Notes: a model not told the origin generated them from the sequence alone. A stretch of 64,000 nucleotides of DNA from an uncultured bacterium (GCA_963704645.1 OY969926.1:640001-704000); one strand, 5' to 3'; positions 1-10,054 are shown, numbered from the stretch's first letter. Program-made: numbers and translations.

Positions 1-86
1 TATATACTTTTAGGGTAAAAAAGAAAAAAAGGGATAAGATAGACAATTAATATTCCCAATCTCACATAGCACTCGACCTAGCAAAA

Positions 87-1859
87 CTACCTATTAGATT
101 CTTGATACTTAATTATCAAAATAGAGTTCTTTCCAGATTGTTTCAAAGAGCTTGGATAGTCTAAATTTAAGCTTTCTATTTTGTTATTATTGCCCATTTC
201 AATATATCCAGAATTAACACTTACTTTGTTCATAACGTTTTGGCTGTCCATTTTTATAGTGCCAGAGCTAACCGAAGTTTCTCCATTAATTGTTACACTA
301 TTTCCAACTTTTAAACTTCCTCCATTAATTATAATATCGCCGGAAATTGTAGCTCCATCTTCTATAACAAGTTGGCTAGATTGAAGTTTCACGCTGCCTT
401 GAATTATTGCATTTTTCCCAATTGTGAAGCTGCCTACACTGTCTAAATCTATATTTCCTTTTACTATTAATCCGTCTGGAATTGTCCTAATGTTTTTGCC
501 AATGTTTGTACCCCCTTTATAAGTAATATTTCCAATATATTCAGTTTGGTTTGGTTCTAAATCTAAGCTTTTTAAATCTTGAATTTTATTGTAATCAGAT
601 CTTTTAATATCCATAATTTTAGACTGCTCAGAGTTTATGGCGTTTAAAGATTGGCTGCCATAATCTTCCCAACCAAGAGTTTTTAATTCTATTATGCTAT
701 CTGGGACAAGTAAGTTTGGTAAGTTTTCTTGAGTAGTTGCAAGCCAATCTCCATTGCTCTGTTTTTTGAACATTAGCATTTTATAACAAGAATTTTGAGT
801 AAGCCTTGAAATATAGCTGTCTTTACTTTGATCTGGCTTACACTGGCTAAGATCTCTAAAAAATAAATTTACTTCATCTCCAGTATCGCTCAAATTTATG
901 TCTGCTAAATATACATCAAAGTTTTTCCACAAATCCCATTGCCATTCTATTTTGTATAAAAATTGGCTGATGAAAGCTTCATAACTAGAGCTAGCAGTGT
1001 AGGTTGGCTTATAATTCTCTTCATATCGTGCTGTAGTTTCGGAAACAACATTTTCTACTACTTTAGGGTTTTTTATAGACTGTGTTTTAATTTTTTTGAA
1101 ATCTATTTTAACCCAATTTTGGTTGTTTTGTATTGCTAAAATGTCTTGATCTGGTTTTTTATTAATATTAATATCAGTTCTCTCAACGTAATTTTTGTCT
1201 GTTACACTACTCTTGTTTCCGCTAATTCTATTTTTAGCTATATTTATTTTGCTATTTGTGTAACGCAATGCAACTATGCCATCATTTTTAATGGCTACTA
1301 AAACTTTGGTTTCTAAAGATAAATCTGGATTGTATTTTTTACTAGAGCCATTCGGGTTATTTATCTTTTCTATTTCTATTTCATCAACTTGACTGCCGTT
1401 TACTTCAATTACGGTTTTTACAATTTGGTTTTGCCCCTTACAGAAATTATTACTACTCCAAGGTGTAAACGAGCTTTGGGAATTTGAACTATAATTATTT
1501 CTAATTACGTAATTTATAACTTTTGCTTTGCTGGTTGGGAATGTATATAAATCTGTAATTATTTCATAATTGTTATTATTAACTTGGCATAGGCCGGCAC
1601 TATATTCTTCATAAAAGTAACTTTGAGCAAATGCCGGACGGCCACTTACTTGAAATGCGTCAGCTTGATCTGTTCTGTAAGAATATTTATACTCAATTTC
1701 ATTTTCTTTTTTTTCGGCCTTGCTCCAATCTATATTTTCCATGGCTTCGCTTTCACCCTTTAACTTTGGATTGTTATTGTTCAGTAAGCTATAAGTAGTA
1801 AAGCCAGTTACAACAATAACAGTAATCACCCATAAATATATAAAATTGTTTTTTTGCAT
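87..1859 (-). CDS. Membrane-anchored/secreted hypothetical protein with C-terminal beta-helix-like repeats
   Basis: Long ORF; likely start MQKNN followed by hydrophobic segment FIYLWVITVIVVTGF; C-terminus has repeating IG.NA.I.G.V-type turns. Confidence 0.6.
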   Translation of the reverse strand: MQKNNFIYLWVITVIVVTGFTTYSLLNNNNPKLKGESEAMENIDWSKAEKKENEIEYKYSYRTDQADAFQVSGRPAFAQSYFYEEYSAGLCQVNNNNYEIITDLYTFPTSKAKVINYVIRNNYSSNSQSSFTPWSSNNFCKGQNQIVKTVIEVNGSQVDEIEIEKINNPNGSSKKYNPDLSLETKVLVAIKNDGIVALRYTNSKINIAKNRISGNKSSVTDKNYVERTDININKKPDQDILAIQNNQNWVKIDFKKIKTQSIKNPKVVENVVSETTARYEENYKPTYTASSSYEAFISQFLYKIEWQWDLWKNFDVYLADINLSDTGDEVNLFFRDLSQCKPDQSKDSYISRLTQNSCYKMLMFKKQSNGDWLATTQENLPNLLVPDSIIELKTLGWEDYGSQSLNAINSEQSKIMDIKRSDYNKIQDLKSLDLEPNQTEYIGNITYKGGTNIGKNIRTIPDGLIVKGNIDLDSVGSFTIGKNAIIQGSVKLQSSQLVIEDGATISGDIIINGGSLKVGNSVTINGETSVSSGTIKMDSQNVMNKVSVNSGYIEMGNNNKIESLNLDYPSSLKQSGKNSILIIKYQESNR

Positions 1860-2156
1860 AGCAAATTGTTTCCTAAAAGAATGTAATTTTAACATTTTCC
1901 ACTTCTTGGGTTTAGTCAATCTACTATCTGCGCACTTCATATTTTCGGTAATTATCCCATGACAACATGTGCCAGATTAGAAGTGTCTATTCAATAAAAT
2001 AATATAGCTCCCAACTTGCTAAGGAGGGATACTCACCATATTTTCAATAGTAGCTACACAAGTATATTTGTATATTAGTTCCGATACTTAATGATTCTGA
2101 GGTTTAGACTGAAGTTAAGCGTACCCCCCCCCTTTTTTTTGGAACTAGTTAATAGT

Positions 2157-2184
2157 TGTATATGCCAACTTATTCAGTGACAGA
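2157..2184. mobile_element. Solo terminal inverted repeat of the IS481-family element at 36197-37276
   Basis: tgtatatgccaacttattcagtgacaga matches 36197-36224 at 27/28 positions. Confidence 0.85.
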
Positions 2185-2197
2185 TTTAACTGTAGTT

Positions 2198-3598
2198 TTA
2201 TGCCATCTTCGATTCTTTAATACTAACTTCCTTATAATCTTTCCTAATAAACCATAGTTGAACTGCTGTTAAAACTATGAAGTTTATTACCAAACCTAAA
2301 GACACGGCCACCCCAGAATCTATTTTATTAAATATTAAACCGTAGGTTACTATAATTTGTATTAACAAAGCAGAAACAGCAAATAAAACTGGTTGCCAAG
2401 CTCTTTCTTTCACGTAAAAGTACTTTCCTAATATTTCTGATACGGCTTGAAAAACAAAACCTAATGTGCAAATTTGTGCTAGGTAAGCAATATAGTTTCC
2501 GTTATCTTGGCCTTTGCCGAATAAACTAAAAATTAGCACAAAAATTGGAGCTAAAATAAAGGTTGCTACACCCCCAACTAAAGCAATTATGGCAGTATTT
2601 TCTGTGTATTTTTGAAGCTTATTCCAGAAAATATTAGGATTTATTAATTTATCGTTAAAGACTTTGGCCAAGTCTGGGTAAAATACAGTAGAAATTGAGC
2701 TAATTATGGTGAAAAATGCTGCTTGAACAGAAAGTGAAATGTCGAAGGCTGTAATTTGTCCGTTTTCTGTGGCTACAAGTTTAATAATTCTGTTGGCGGC
2801 TACAGCACCGGAAATTAGAAATATTCTTGGTAGAAATAATACCCAAGTTTGAATCCAGAAAGTTTTTAACTCTAAAAAAATGTTCTTTGTGTTTGGAACA
2901 AATTTTCCAAAATTAGCTAGGCCAAATCTTCTACATTCAATAATGTATATTAAAACAGTCAGTAAACTTCCTAAAGTCATGCCAATTGCTGCAGAATAAT
3001 AATCGTTTTTACCTCCTAGAAGTAAACCTAAAATCATTCCTAAATTTGTAACTACTCCCGCCAAAGAGAAAACTAAGAAGCGCCTTTTTAAGTTTAAAAA
3101 CACTCCAAAAATACTTTGTAAGGAAAGTAGTAATGGGGTTACAGCTAAAATTCTGGTTATGTTAACGAAATCGTCTAGTAAGCCTTGATTAACAAAGTTG
3201 TTGAAAATCTCGCTACTAATTGTGAACTCTAAAATTGGCTTGGTAAAAATAATTACTAACAGGCAAATTGCAGCAATTAATCCTGAAATACTAATTAACA
3301 TCAAATACAAGTATTTATCCATTTTCTGTTTGGCCTCATTTTCTAATCTGCTGGCAATTGGTAAAACCGCATTAAATATTGTTGCCATTACTAACAAACT
3401 GGTAATATCGTCAGACAAACTAGACGCAGTTAGTAGCAAATCAGAACTAATTCTATCCATCTTCTGATAAATAATTATTTGCCTAAGCAAGCCTAAAACC
3501 TTTGAAAACAAAAGAAAAAATGTAATAATTGCTACAGAACGCAAGGCAGGCTTGCTCCACATATCTTTAATTTTGCTAATTAGGCTAGATAAATTCAT
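2198..3598 (-). CDS. murJ: Lipid II flippase MurJ/MviN family
   Basis: SKVLGLLRQ motif near N-terminus, many TM segments, STVFYPDLA and ILGKYFY motifs typical of MurJ; start set at MNLSSL. Confidence 0.8.
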   Translation of the reverse strand: MNLSSLISKIKDMWSKPALRSVAIITFFLLFSKVLGLLRQIIIYQKMDRISSDLLLTASSLSDDITSLLVMATIFNAVLPIASRLENEAKQKMDKYLYLMLISISGLIAAICLLVIIFTKPILEFTISSEIFNNFVNQGLLDDFVNITRILAVTPLLLSLQSIFGVFLNLKRRFLVFSLAGVVTNLGMILGLLLGGKNDYYSAAIGMTLGSLLTVLIYIIECRRFGLANFGKFVPNTKNIFLELKTFWIQTWVLFLPRIFLISGAVAANRIIKLVATENGQITAFDISLSVQAAFFTIISSISTVFYPDLAKVFNDKLINPNIFWNKLQKYTENTAIIALVGGVATFILAPIFVLIFSLFGKGQDNGNYIAYLAQICTLGFVFQAVSEILGKYFYVKERAWQPVLFAVSALLIQIIVTYGLIFNKIDSGVAVSLGLVINFIVLTAVQLWFIRKDYKEVSIKESKMA

Positions 3599-3830
3599 TG
3601 TATTCACTTCAATTATGTCTAAATGCAAAACTGTACTAGGTCAATGCCAATTCTTTGGCTTAATCTCAATATATATTTAAGCCAATCTATGGATTTAAAC
3701 TCTGGTCATGTTTTGTTATTGTAACTAAAGCGTATTATTAGCTCTACTTTCTCAGACTGATAAAAGCAAATCTGACCCTCTTATCACATCTAAAATTTGT
3801 GACTCAGTAAAATAATTGATATGTATTTTT

Positions 3831-5333
3831 CTACAAAGATGGCTTTTCCACAACTTCCTCTGCAAATTCTAAATCAGTTTGTTTATCTAGCTGCCAATAG
3901 ATAAAAATTAAAGTCCAGATAAAAGCAACTGTTTGGTTTTCTAGAATGTGTAAAAATAATGTTCCAACAAAAATACCAAAGAAGCTTAATGAAAACAATA
4001 CTTTCCTCCAGTTAACCTTGTTTAAAGAGAAAACTTTTCTTATTTCCCAAATTGGAATTAAAAATAAACACAAATATGCAATTAAATAAAAAATTCCGCC
4101 ATTTAACCAAACTTGTAAAAACCAGTTTTCGGGAACTACTAAATCGGCGTTAGTAATAAAATATTTTTGAGCTGAGGGGTAATAATATTTAACAATTGGG
4201 CTGTTGTTTAAATTACCATATTCTTCCTTTGCTCCCGGGCCAGAACTTCCCAATCCAAGACCTACTAAATAGTTGCTTGGTTTAGCTGTTAAAACATCAA
4301 CCGATGCTAAAAAGTGTCTACGGTGTAATTCTGTTGAATTAGGTTTGGCAATTGAGGTTGGAATAAAACTGTATTTATTTAGGTCTAAATTAATTACAAT
4401 AAGACCAACAAAAATTGGAAAAATTAGAATTAAACTAATTATTGCAAAGTTTATTGTACGAATTATATTTTGAGCAGCTTGGGAAATTCCTAATTTACTA
4501 ATCTCGTTTAGCTTTTTAAGACTGAAATCTCTAAACTTCAACCAAATAATTATAGCGAAAATACATACTGCAGCCAGTAAAGCAAAGCGTGAATAGGTGA
4601 GATAAATAAAAATTAAATTTAATATAGATAATAATGTGAAAACACTTTTAGTAACTTTGTTTTTAGATTGAAGAGTGAAGTTAATTAGAAATCCAAGAAT
4701 CAATAGTAAATATCCAGCATAATGGTTGGGTGTAGAGAACGGTCCAGACAAACGCAAGCTTTCGTTTCCAAAATCAAGAATGTGCCCAGCAGGGGAAGAA
4801 GAAACATAGCCGCTTGCTTCTTTCCCGTATCCTACAAAATTTAAGAACTCAGCTTGGCCAATAACTAAACTGGAAATGCTGAACAAAGAGCTTAAAACAA
4901 ACCCAGATATTATTCCCCATTTTAAAATGTTTTTCAGCCAATTTTTGTATTCTAAATTTTGTTTAGTTAAAATTGTGTTTGCCCAAACTGCAGAAAGTGC
5001 AAAAAAACCAAGCCAAAAAAGTTCGAATCTAAAACCAAGTAACCATAAGGGTAGGGGAATTCTAATTAAATCTGTTAAGGCTAAGATAATTAAGCCTGTG
5101 TAAACTAAAAGAGGCCACAGCTTCTTCAGTTCAAACTTAATTTCTTTTAAACGCAAAGCTTTACCTATTTGAAACAAAAATATGGCTGAAAGAATTACTA
5201 CTAAAATTTCCTTCCAAAAAGATAAGTTAGAGCTTAGACTTAATCTGTTAGTTGTAAATAAAATTAAGGCTCCTTGAATAGGCAAAAGTATATTTAAAAT
5301 AAAACAGATGTAACCAATAGTTTTTTTCATCAT
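3831..5333 (-). CDS. O-antigen ligase/Wzy-like polytopic membrane protein
   Basis: RLSGPFSTPNHYAGYL, LTYSRFA, GLGLGS and ENWFLQ motifs. Confidence 0.8.
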   Translation of the reverse strand: MMKKTIGYICFILNILLPIQGALILFTTNRLSLSSNLSFWKEILVVILSAIFLFQIGKALRLKEIKFELKKLWPLLVYTGLIILALTDLIRIPLPLWLLGFRFELFWLGFFALSAVWANTILTKQNLEYKNWLKNILKWGIISGFVLSSLFSISSLVIGQAEFLNFVGYGKEASGYVSSSPAGHILDFGNESLRLSGPFSTPNHYAGYLLLILGFLINFTLQSKNKVTKSVFTLLSILNLIFIYLTYSRFALLAAVCIFAIIIWLKFRDFSLKKLNEISKLGISQAAQNIIRTINFAIISLILIFPIFVGLIVINLDLNKYSFIPTSIAKPNSTELHRRHFLASVDVLTAKPSNYLVGLGLGSSGPGAKEEYGNLNNSPIVKYYYPSAQKYFITNADLVVPENWFLQVWLNGGIFYLIAYLCLFLIPIWEIRKVFSLNKVNWRKVLFSLSFFGIFVGTLFLHILENQTVAFIWTLIFIYWQLDKQTDLEFAEEVVEKPSL

Positions 5334-5414
5334 AGCAATGTTTTATGGTTAAAAAGTTGTTTCGTCAAGTTGCCTAACTATAAGCCAAATGCCTGTTGAC
5401 TGTTTAAAACTAAG

Positions 5415-5423
5415 TTATCCACA
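5415..5423 (+). promoter_or_regulatory. Consensus DnaA box TTATCCACA
   Basis: Exact 9-mer in a long divergent intergenic region; mismatched copies at 5581-5589 and 5910-5918. Confidence 0.4.
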
Positions 5424-5499
5424 AGTAAAAAGTGAATTATTAATTTAAGTTAAAAAAGCACGCTTTTATCAGGAAAAGTGGTTTGCCAGAAGACAGTTC

Positions 5500-5528
5500 T
5501 TGACGCAAGTTAATTTTTTCACTATAAT
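5500..5528 (+). promoter_or_regulatory. Sigma70-type promoter TTGACG-N17-TATAAT
   Basis: Near-consensus -35 (5500-5505) and perfect -10 (5523-5528). Confidence 0.8.
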
Positions 5529-5534
5529 TGTAAT

Positions 5535-5900
5535 ATCAGAAAAGAAAAACATCTCTTCTAAAAAATTTACAGCTTACGACATTTCCACATATAGAATAGT
5601 TTATAAATCTTCAACAATTTGTTAATTATTCTATTCACCTTTTTTCTCAATGCTAACGACACCGATTCTCTTAGCAAAAACAAAAATAAAAACTAAAGCA
5701 AAAATAAATAAAATAAAAATAACTTTAAAAAAAGGGTGAAGAATTTGGACGTGTCGGTTCCAGAACAGGTTAAAATTTACTAATACCCGTTGTCTATAAT
5801 CCTCTTAGAGCTTTATGAACAGCCAGTAAATCTACCTAACAAGAGGGCCATCAACCCAAGTTTTATCACTTTTAGGGGTATGATGCCCTCTTTTCTCTTT
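5535..5900 (+). ncRNA. Candidate structured ncRNA (may encode a 29-aa basic peptide at 5650-5739)
   Basis: Strong promoter, long-range complementary segments and a terminal hairpin with U-tract; no long ORF. Confidence 0.45.
5843..5900 (+). terminator. Long intrinsic terminator-like hairpin
   Basis: aagagggc...gccctctt followed by ttctcttt. Confidence 0.6.
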
Positions 5901-5958
5901 ACAGAATTTTTTTCCACAGCCTTTTGACATTGTATTAATAGGCTGTTTTTGTTTGGGT

Positions 5959-6765
5959 ATGAAGTTCTTTCTAACACATCTTTACCCTAAAGAAATGAAC
6001 ATTTACGGCGATATGGGGAACATTATTGCAATAACACACCGATTAAATAAAATGGGCTATGAAGTGGTTTACCAAAGTTTAAATCAAAATTCCGAATTAC
6101 CCAATCAAACCGACTTTTATTTTATAGGAGGTGGGCAAGATAAAGAACAGGAAGTTATTTACAAAGATCTTTTAAATCATAAGTTACAATTAGAAAGTGA
6201 TATTGTACGTGGGGTAGGGTTGCTGGCTATTTGCGGAGGCTATCAGCTTTTGGGGAAAAGCTTTATTACCGGAAACAATAAAGTTGTGGAAGGTTTGAAT
6301 ATTTTTCCTGTAGAAACAAAATCGCCAGATGCAAGTGTAAAATCTAGATGCATTGGCAATTTGATTGTAGAATGCAGTATTCCTGAAATTAAAAATACTA
6401 AAATTGTTGGTTTTGAAAACCACGGCGGACAAACTTATTTTATTCCTAAAAACTTGCAAACCGAATTTCAACAAACTGCTTACACTTTAGGAAAAGTATT
6501 GTTAGGTTTTGGTAATAATTCTGTAGAAAAATTGGAAGGTTGTGTTCTAAAAAATTCTATAGGAACCTATTTACATGGGTCTTGTCTTCCTAAAAATCCA
6601 CAGCTAGCTGGTTGGTTAATTTATAGTTCACTTTTAGCCAAAGCTAGGATGGAAAATTGGCCAGAGGAAAGCAAGTTGCAGATTATCAACACTTCTAAAA
6701 TAGATGACACAATTAGTTTGGCTGTTCAGAATACTTTGGTTGAAAGGTTTTTAAAGGGTAATTAA
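5959..6765 (+). CDS. gatD: GatD/CobQ-type glutamine amidotransferase (lipid II amidation subunit)
   Basis: HLYP..MNIYGD.GN, GGGQD, AICGGYQLLG, GFENHGG, GTYLHG..LPKNP. Confidence 0.85.
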   Translation: MKFFLTHLYPKEMNIYGDMGNIIAITHRLNKMGYEVVYQSLNQNSELPNQTDFYFIGGGQDKEQEVIYKDLLNHKLQLESDIVRGVGLLAICGGYQLLGKSFITGNNKVVEGLNIFPVETKSPDASVKSRCIGNLIVECSIPEIKNTKIVGFENHGGQTYFIPKNLQTEFQQTAYTLGKVLLGFGNNSVEKLEGCVLKNSIGTYLHGSCLPKNPQLAGWLIYSSLLAKARMENWPEESKLQIINTSKIDDTISLAVQNTLVERFLKGN

Positions 6766-6951
6766 TGAAAGACAGCCGGAGTGCAGAGCTGTGCTCGGAT
6801 TATTAAAATTTTTCAAGAATACTAATTCAAAGTTAGCACATCAAATTATATTGGGGCGTTTTTAAATAAAGCTTGTAAAAAAGTCATCGGTCCAACATTT
6901 GAACGTAGTTTTTTATTTACAGTGCTTTTTAAATAAACTCTAACTAAAAAT

Positions 6952-7320
6952 ATGCAAAATTATGTTTTAGGGCGAAGTGGGGAAAGTTTGGCTAAGGAAT
7001 ACCTTGAAAATAATGGTTTTAAAATTTTAGCTCAAAATTTTCAGTTTTACAGAATTGGCGTGCAGGGTAGGTTGGCAGAAATAGACATTATAGCTTTCAA
7101 AGAAAATATTATTCATTTGTGTGAAGTTAAAACCAGAAGTGGCAATAAATTTGGCTCTCCGTTTGAACAAATTACCAGAAAGCAAATTCAAAACATTCAG
7201 TACGCCTACCATTATTTTCTTTCGAAGAATCCTATTTATAGAAAGTGTAAAGCCCAGTTTAACGCCATTGCCGTGGTGAGGCAGAAAGTAGAAATTATTT
7301 GGAATGCTGTTAGTTTTTAG
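6952..7320 (+). CDS. yraN: YraN (UPF0102) family endonuclease-like protein
   Basis: LGRSGE.LA..YL...G..IL..N, EIDIIA, EVKTRS motifs. Confidence 0.9.
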   Translation: MQNYVLGRSGESLAKEYLENNGFKILAQNFQFYRIGVQGRLAEIDIIAFKENIIHLCEVKTRSGNKFGSPFEQITRKQIQNIQYAYHYFLSKNPIYRKCKAQFNAIAVVRQKVEIIWNAVSF

Positions 7321-7435
7321 GATTTCAGCTAAAATTATTGTTTTCTATTTACCAAGCTAAGGAATAATTTAATCTGTAAAATTAGATATTAATCTTTTTC
7401 ATGCAATTTTGATGTGTCTTAAGTATCTAATTTTG

Positions 7436-7470
7436 TTAATAAAAAGCACCCCCTTTCGGGGGAATACTCG
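7436..7470 (-). terminator. Intrinsic terminator of the same family as the cassette-array terminators
   Basis: Minus strand agtattcccccgaaagggggtgctttttatt. Confidence 0.7.
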
Positions 7471-7748
7471 GTACAGACTATTTTGCAAGCCAAAGATGTT
7501 ATCAACTGTGGTGAGAGCTATATATTTATGCCCCCTACTTGCAACACTTTTAAAATTTTATTAATACTATCACTCTTCTGATATTGAATACTAACTTCTA
7601 ACAACTACTTCATTCAATATTTTTTGCTTGATTTTACCAAGCCATCTTTCAAAACTTTTTTTTCGCATTTTGTCAAGGGTATACCTCATCTTAATATTTG
7701 GATTGTCTAAGAAAGCCAGTTGTAAAAGCTTATTTTGAAATACTGGCA

Positions 7749-7922
7749 GAACCTGTCGCCAATCTTTTTTATTACGCTAAAATTTAAAGAATTAATAGTT
7801 GAATGAGGAAAGTTAAATCTAAATAGACTTGAACTATCAGTCATAATTTTTAATAAAAAGTCATATTAAGGTTTACTTTCATAATGATGAAGAAAAGTGG
7901 CTTTGAGATTGGCGACAGATCC
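7749..7922. mobile_element. MITE-like internally deleted IS6-family derivative
   Basis: 17-bp inverted repeats gaacctgtcgccaatct / agattggcgacagatcc resembling IS6-family GG..CTGT.GC ends; no intact transposase. Confidence 0.55.
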
Positions 7923-8065
7923 AATAATTTTTTCATAAAAAACCACTCAGACACAATTTCCTAGGCTGAATATAAAACTCTTCAATATAAATTTGGTTGG
8001 GCTTAAAACGTATAGTTTAAAAAATATAACTTGACAATATTTACCTATAGTTACTTGAAGTATTT

Positions 8066-8872
8066 ATGGACGAAGATAATACAAAACCTGCTAAAAAGAT
8101 AATTAAAAATAAGATTATTTATTATATAGTATTCATGATATTTGTGGTGATTGGGGCTACTGCTTACGTTTATACAAGGTAATTCATTAGGAATATACCA
8201 AATACTATAGAAGAAGTTGCTATTGCCCAGTTAAAACCAATTAAATTATCTGAAGCTTTAAACAAGGCTCAAACAGTTGCTAAAGATAAAACAGCCAATT
8301 CTAGTTTAATTTTGGTTGCAGACGATGAAGGTGATAGTATTTTGTATTTTACAATTGGTTTAAGCAGCGAGAAAAAAATTACTACGGAAAATACAGATGG
8401 TGTTTCTAAACAGTGGCTTTTTGGATATTTAAAAGATAAAACCAAGGAATATAAACCTAAAGCTGGTAATAGTTATAATATACCAAAGGCAGATATATTT
8501 ATGGTTAAGGTAAATTCTAACGAATCGGTTGTTCATGCCGAGCAAGCTTATGGCGATATTCCACTTTCAACGCTTTCAGATTTAGCTCCTGTTTTGCAAG
8601 ATCAAAATTTAGATGAAGCAATTCTTAAAATTCAAGAGAATTTTGCTGCAGATATAAAGAAATATAATTACACTTCAACCGATTTTAAAGGTTTAGATTT
8701 TCTTATTTTTAATAAACAATACACCGTGTTTTTAGGTAAGTTTGTGCCAGAACCTGTTTATACAATTAAGCTAAGATATGAAAAAGACACCTTAAAAAGA
8801 GAATTTACAGCCGACTACATGTTTAATACTAAAGAAATTAACTCTAAGCGTATTTACCCAGAAGATAAGTAG
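8066..8872 (+). pseudogene. Membrane-anchored hypothetical protein interrupted by in-frame TAA at 8180-8182
   Basis: ATG 8066 (35 nt after TTGACA), TM segment, single stop, then the same frame continues into ORF 8312-8872. Confidence 0.7.
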
Positions 8873-8873
8873 C

Positions 8874-9392
8874 TTAAGCCAGATATTCTTTAATAATTTT
8901 AATTATCAGGCTGTTGGTTTCTCCCCATTTTAAATATTTATCTATTTCTTCAAGTTTAATCCATTTAACTTCGGTCATACTTCCACCTGGATCTGAAATG
9001 AATTTGTCTATTCTGCCTGCCCTAGCAATGTATCTTACTTGCAAAGCCTCAAATTTTTCCTCCAACACCTCATCTTTATTTTGAATTTCGTAAACATTCT
9101 GGTAAAAGGCTGGCTTAATTGTTTGTGAATCTACAACTACGGCAGATTCTTCGTAAACTTCTCTTATTAACGTATCAATTGTTGTTTCACCAGCTTCAAC
9201 AGTTCCGCCGGGTAAAATCCAAAAACCAGAATCTGAATTGTAGCACAGCAGCAACTCATTTTCCTTGTTTAAAATAATCCCGTAACTTTGTGTAGCCTGA
9301 TTTAAATTAACTTCATCAAAACTGCCTGTGTAAACATCAATTCTATAATGATGAGTGTTTTTATAGCTGTAATTAGTGGAAAACTGGAACAT
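8874..9392 (-). CDS. NUDIX hydrolase
   Basis: Nudix box LPGGTVEAGETTIDTLIREVYEESAV. Confidence 0.9.
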   Translation of the reverse strand: MFQFSTNYSYKNTHHYRIDVYTGSFDEVNLNQATQSYGIILNKENELLLCYNSDSGFWILPGGTVEAGETTIDTLIREVYEESAVVVDSQTIKPAFYQNVYEIQNKDEVLEEKFEALQVRYIARAGRIDKFISDPGGSMTEVKWIKLEEIDKYLKWGETNSLIIKIIKEYLA

Positions 9393-9465
9393 GCTTAAAT
9401 AGAATTCGTTTCAGTATTTTAAGTCAATTTTAGGCAGGATATAATGTAGTAAATAGTTTTAAGGC

Positions 9466-9515
9466 TGTTACTGAATAAGTTGACATATACAACCCTGAAC
9501 TTGTTTCAGGGTCTA
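9466..9515. mobile_element. Solo IS481 end fused to a REP-like repeat half
   Basis: 9466-9491 is the reverse complement of the IS end at 36197-36222 (1 mismatch), followed by accctgaacttgtttcagggtcta. Confidence 0.85.
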
Positions 9516-9650
9516 AGTGTGGAAAACAGATATTATAGTTTTCTGGAAAGAGTTTTCTCTAATCTGGCTATATTTGTTTAAAAATAGACTTTACTTTATC
9601 TAAGTTGAAATAAACTTGCTGAAAAATAAACTAAAACATTAACTACTTTC

Positions 9651-9998
9651 ATGACTAAAAACTTGAACATTTGCTTATATTCTTTCCTCTCTGTCTTAGG
9701 GTTTATTGTACCAAATTACATTGTTTTTCAAACTATTATAAAATATGGAACTTACGACTTTGCAAAATTATTTTCCGATATGAACTACAGTTTGTATACT
9801 CAATTTATTGGCGCAGATTTAGGTATAGCAGCCCTTGTTTTTATTGTCTTTTACATTTTAGAAACTAGAAAAAATAAAATTAAATACGCCTGGTTAAGTT
9901 TGCTAGGATGCTTTCTTGTAGGTTTTAGCTTTGGCTTTCCACTATTTTTGTTAATTAGGGAAGTTAGTTTGGGTAAGGGTAAGGGAGGAGCTTTATAG
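9651..9998 (+). CDS. DUF2834-like small membrane protein
   Basis: Three TM segments; DL.I and VG.S.G.PLFL..RE pattern. Confidence 0.7.
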   Translation: MTKNLNICLYSFLSVLGFIVPNYIVFQTIIKYGTYDFAKLFSDMNYSLYTQFIGADLGIAALVFIVFYILETRKNKIKYAWLSLLGCFLVGFSFGFPLFLLIREVSLGKGKGGAL

Positions 9999-10054
9999 TT
10001 TTTGGGCAATAAAAAAGCACCCAAACCGTAGAATTAGGTTGGGGCTTTAAGGTT

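Noticed and set aside
2125-2140. C/T homopolymer run as a phase-variation switch
   Set aside because: Intergenic, not within an identifiable promoter spacer or ORF, and prone to sequencing error.
7801-7815. RNase P RNA (GAGGAAAGT)
   Set aside because: Lies inside the IS6-like miniature element and lacks the other conserved RNase P regions.
8066-8872. Stop-codon reassignment
   Set aside because: Only one in-frame TAA; TAA is the normal stop for many genes here and long ORFs are intact under code 11.
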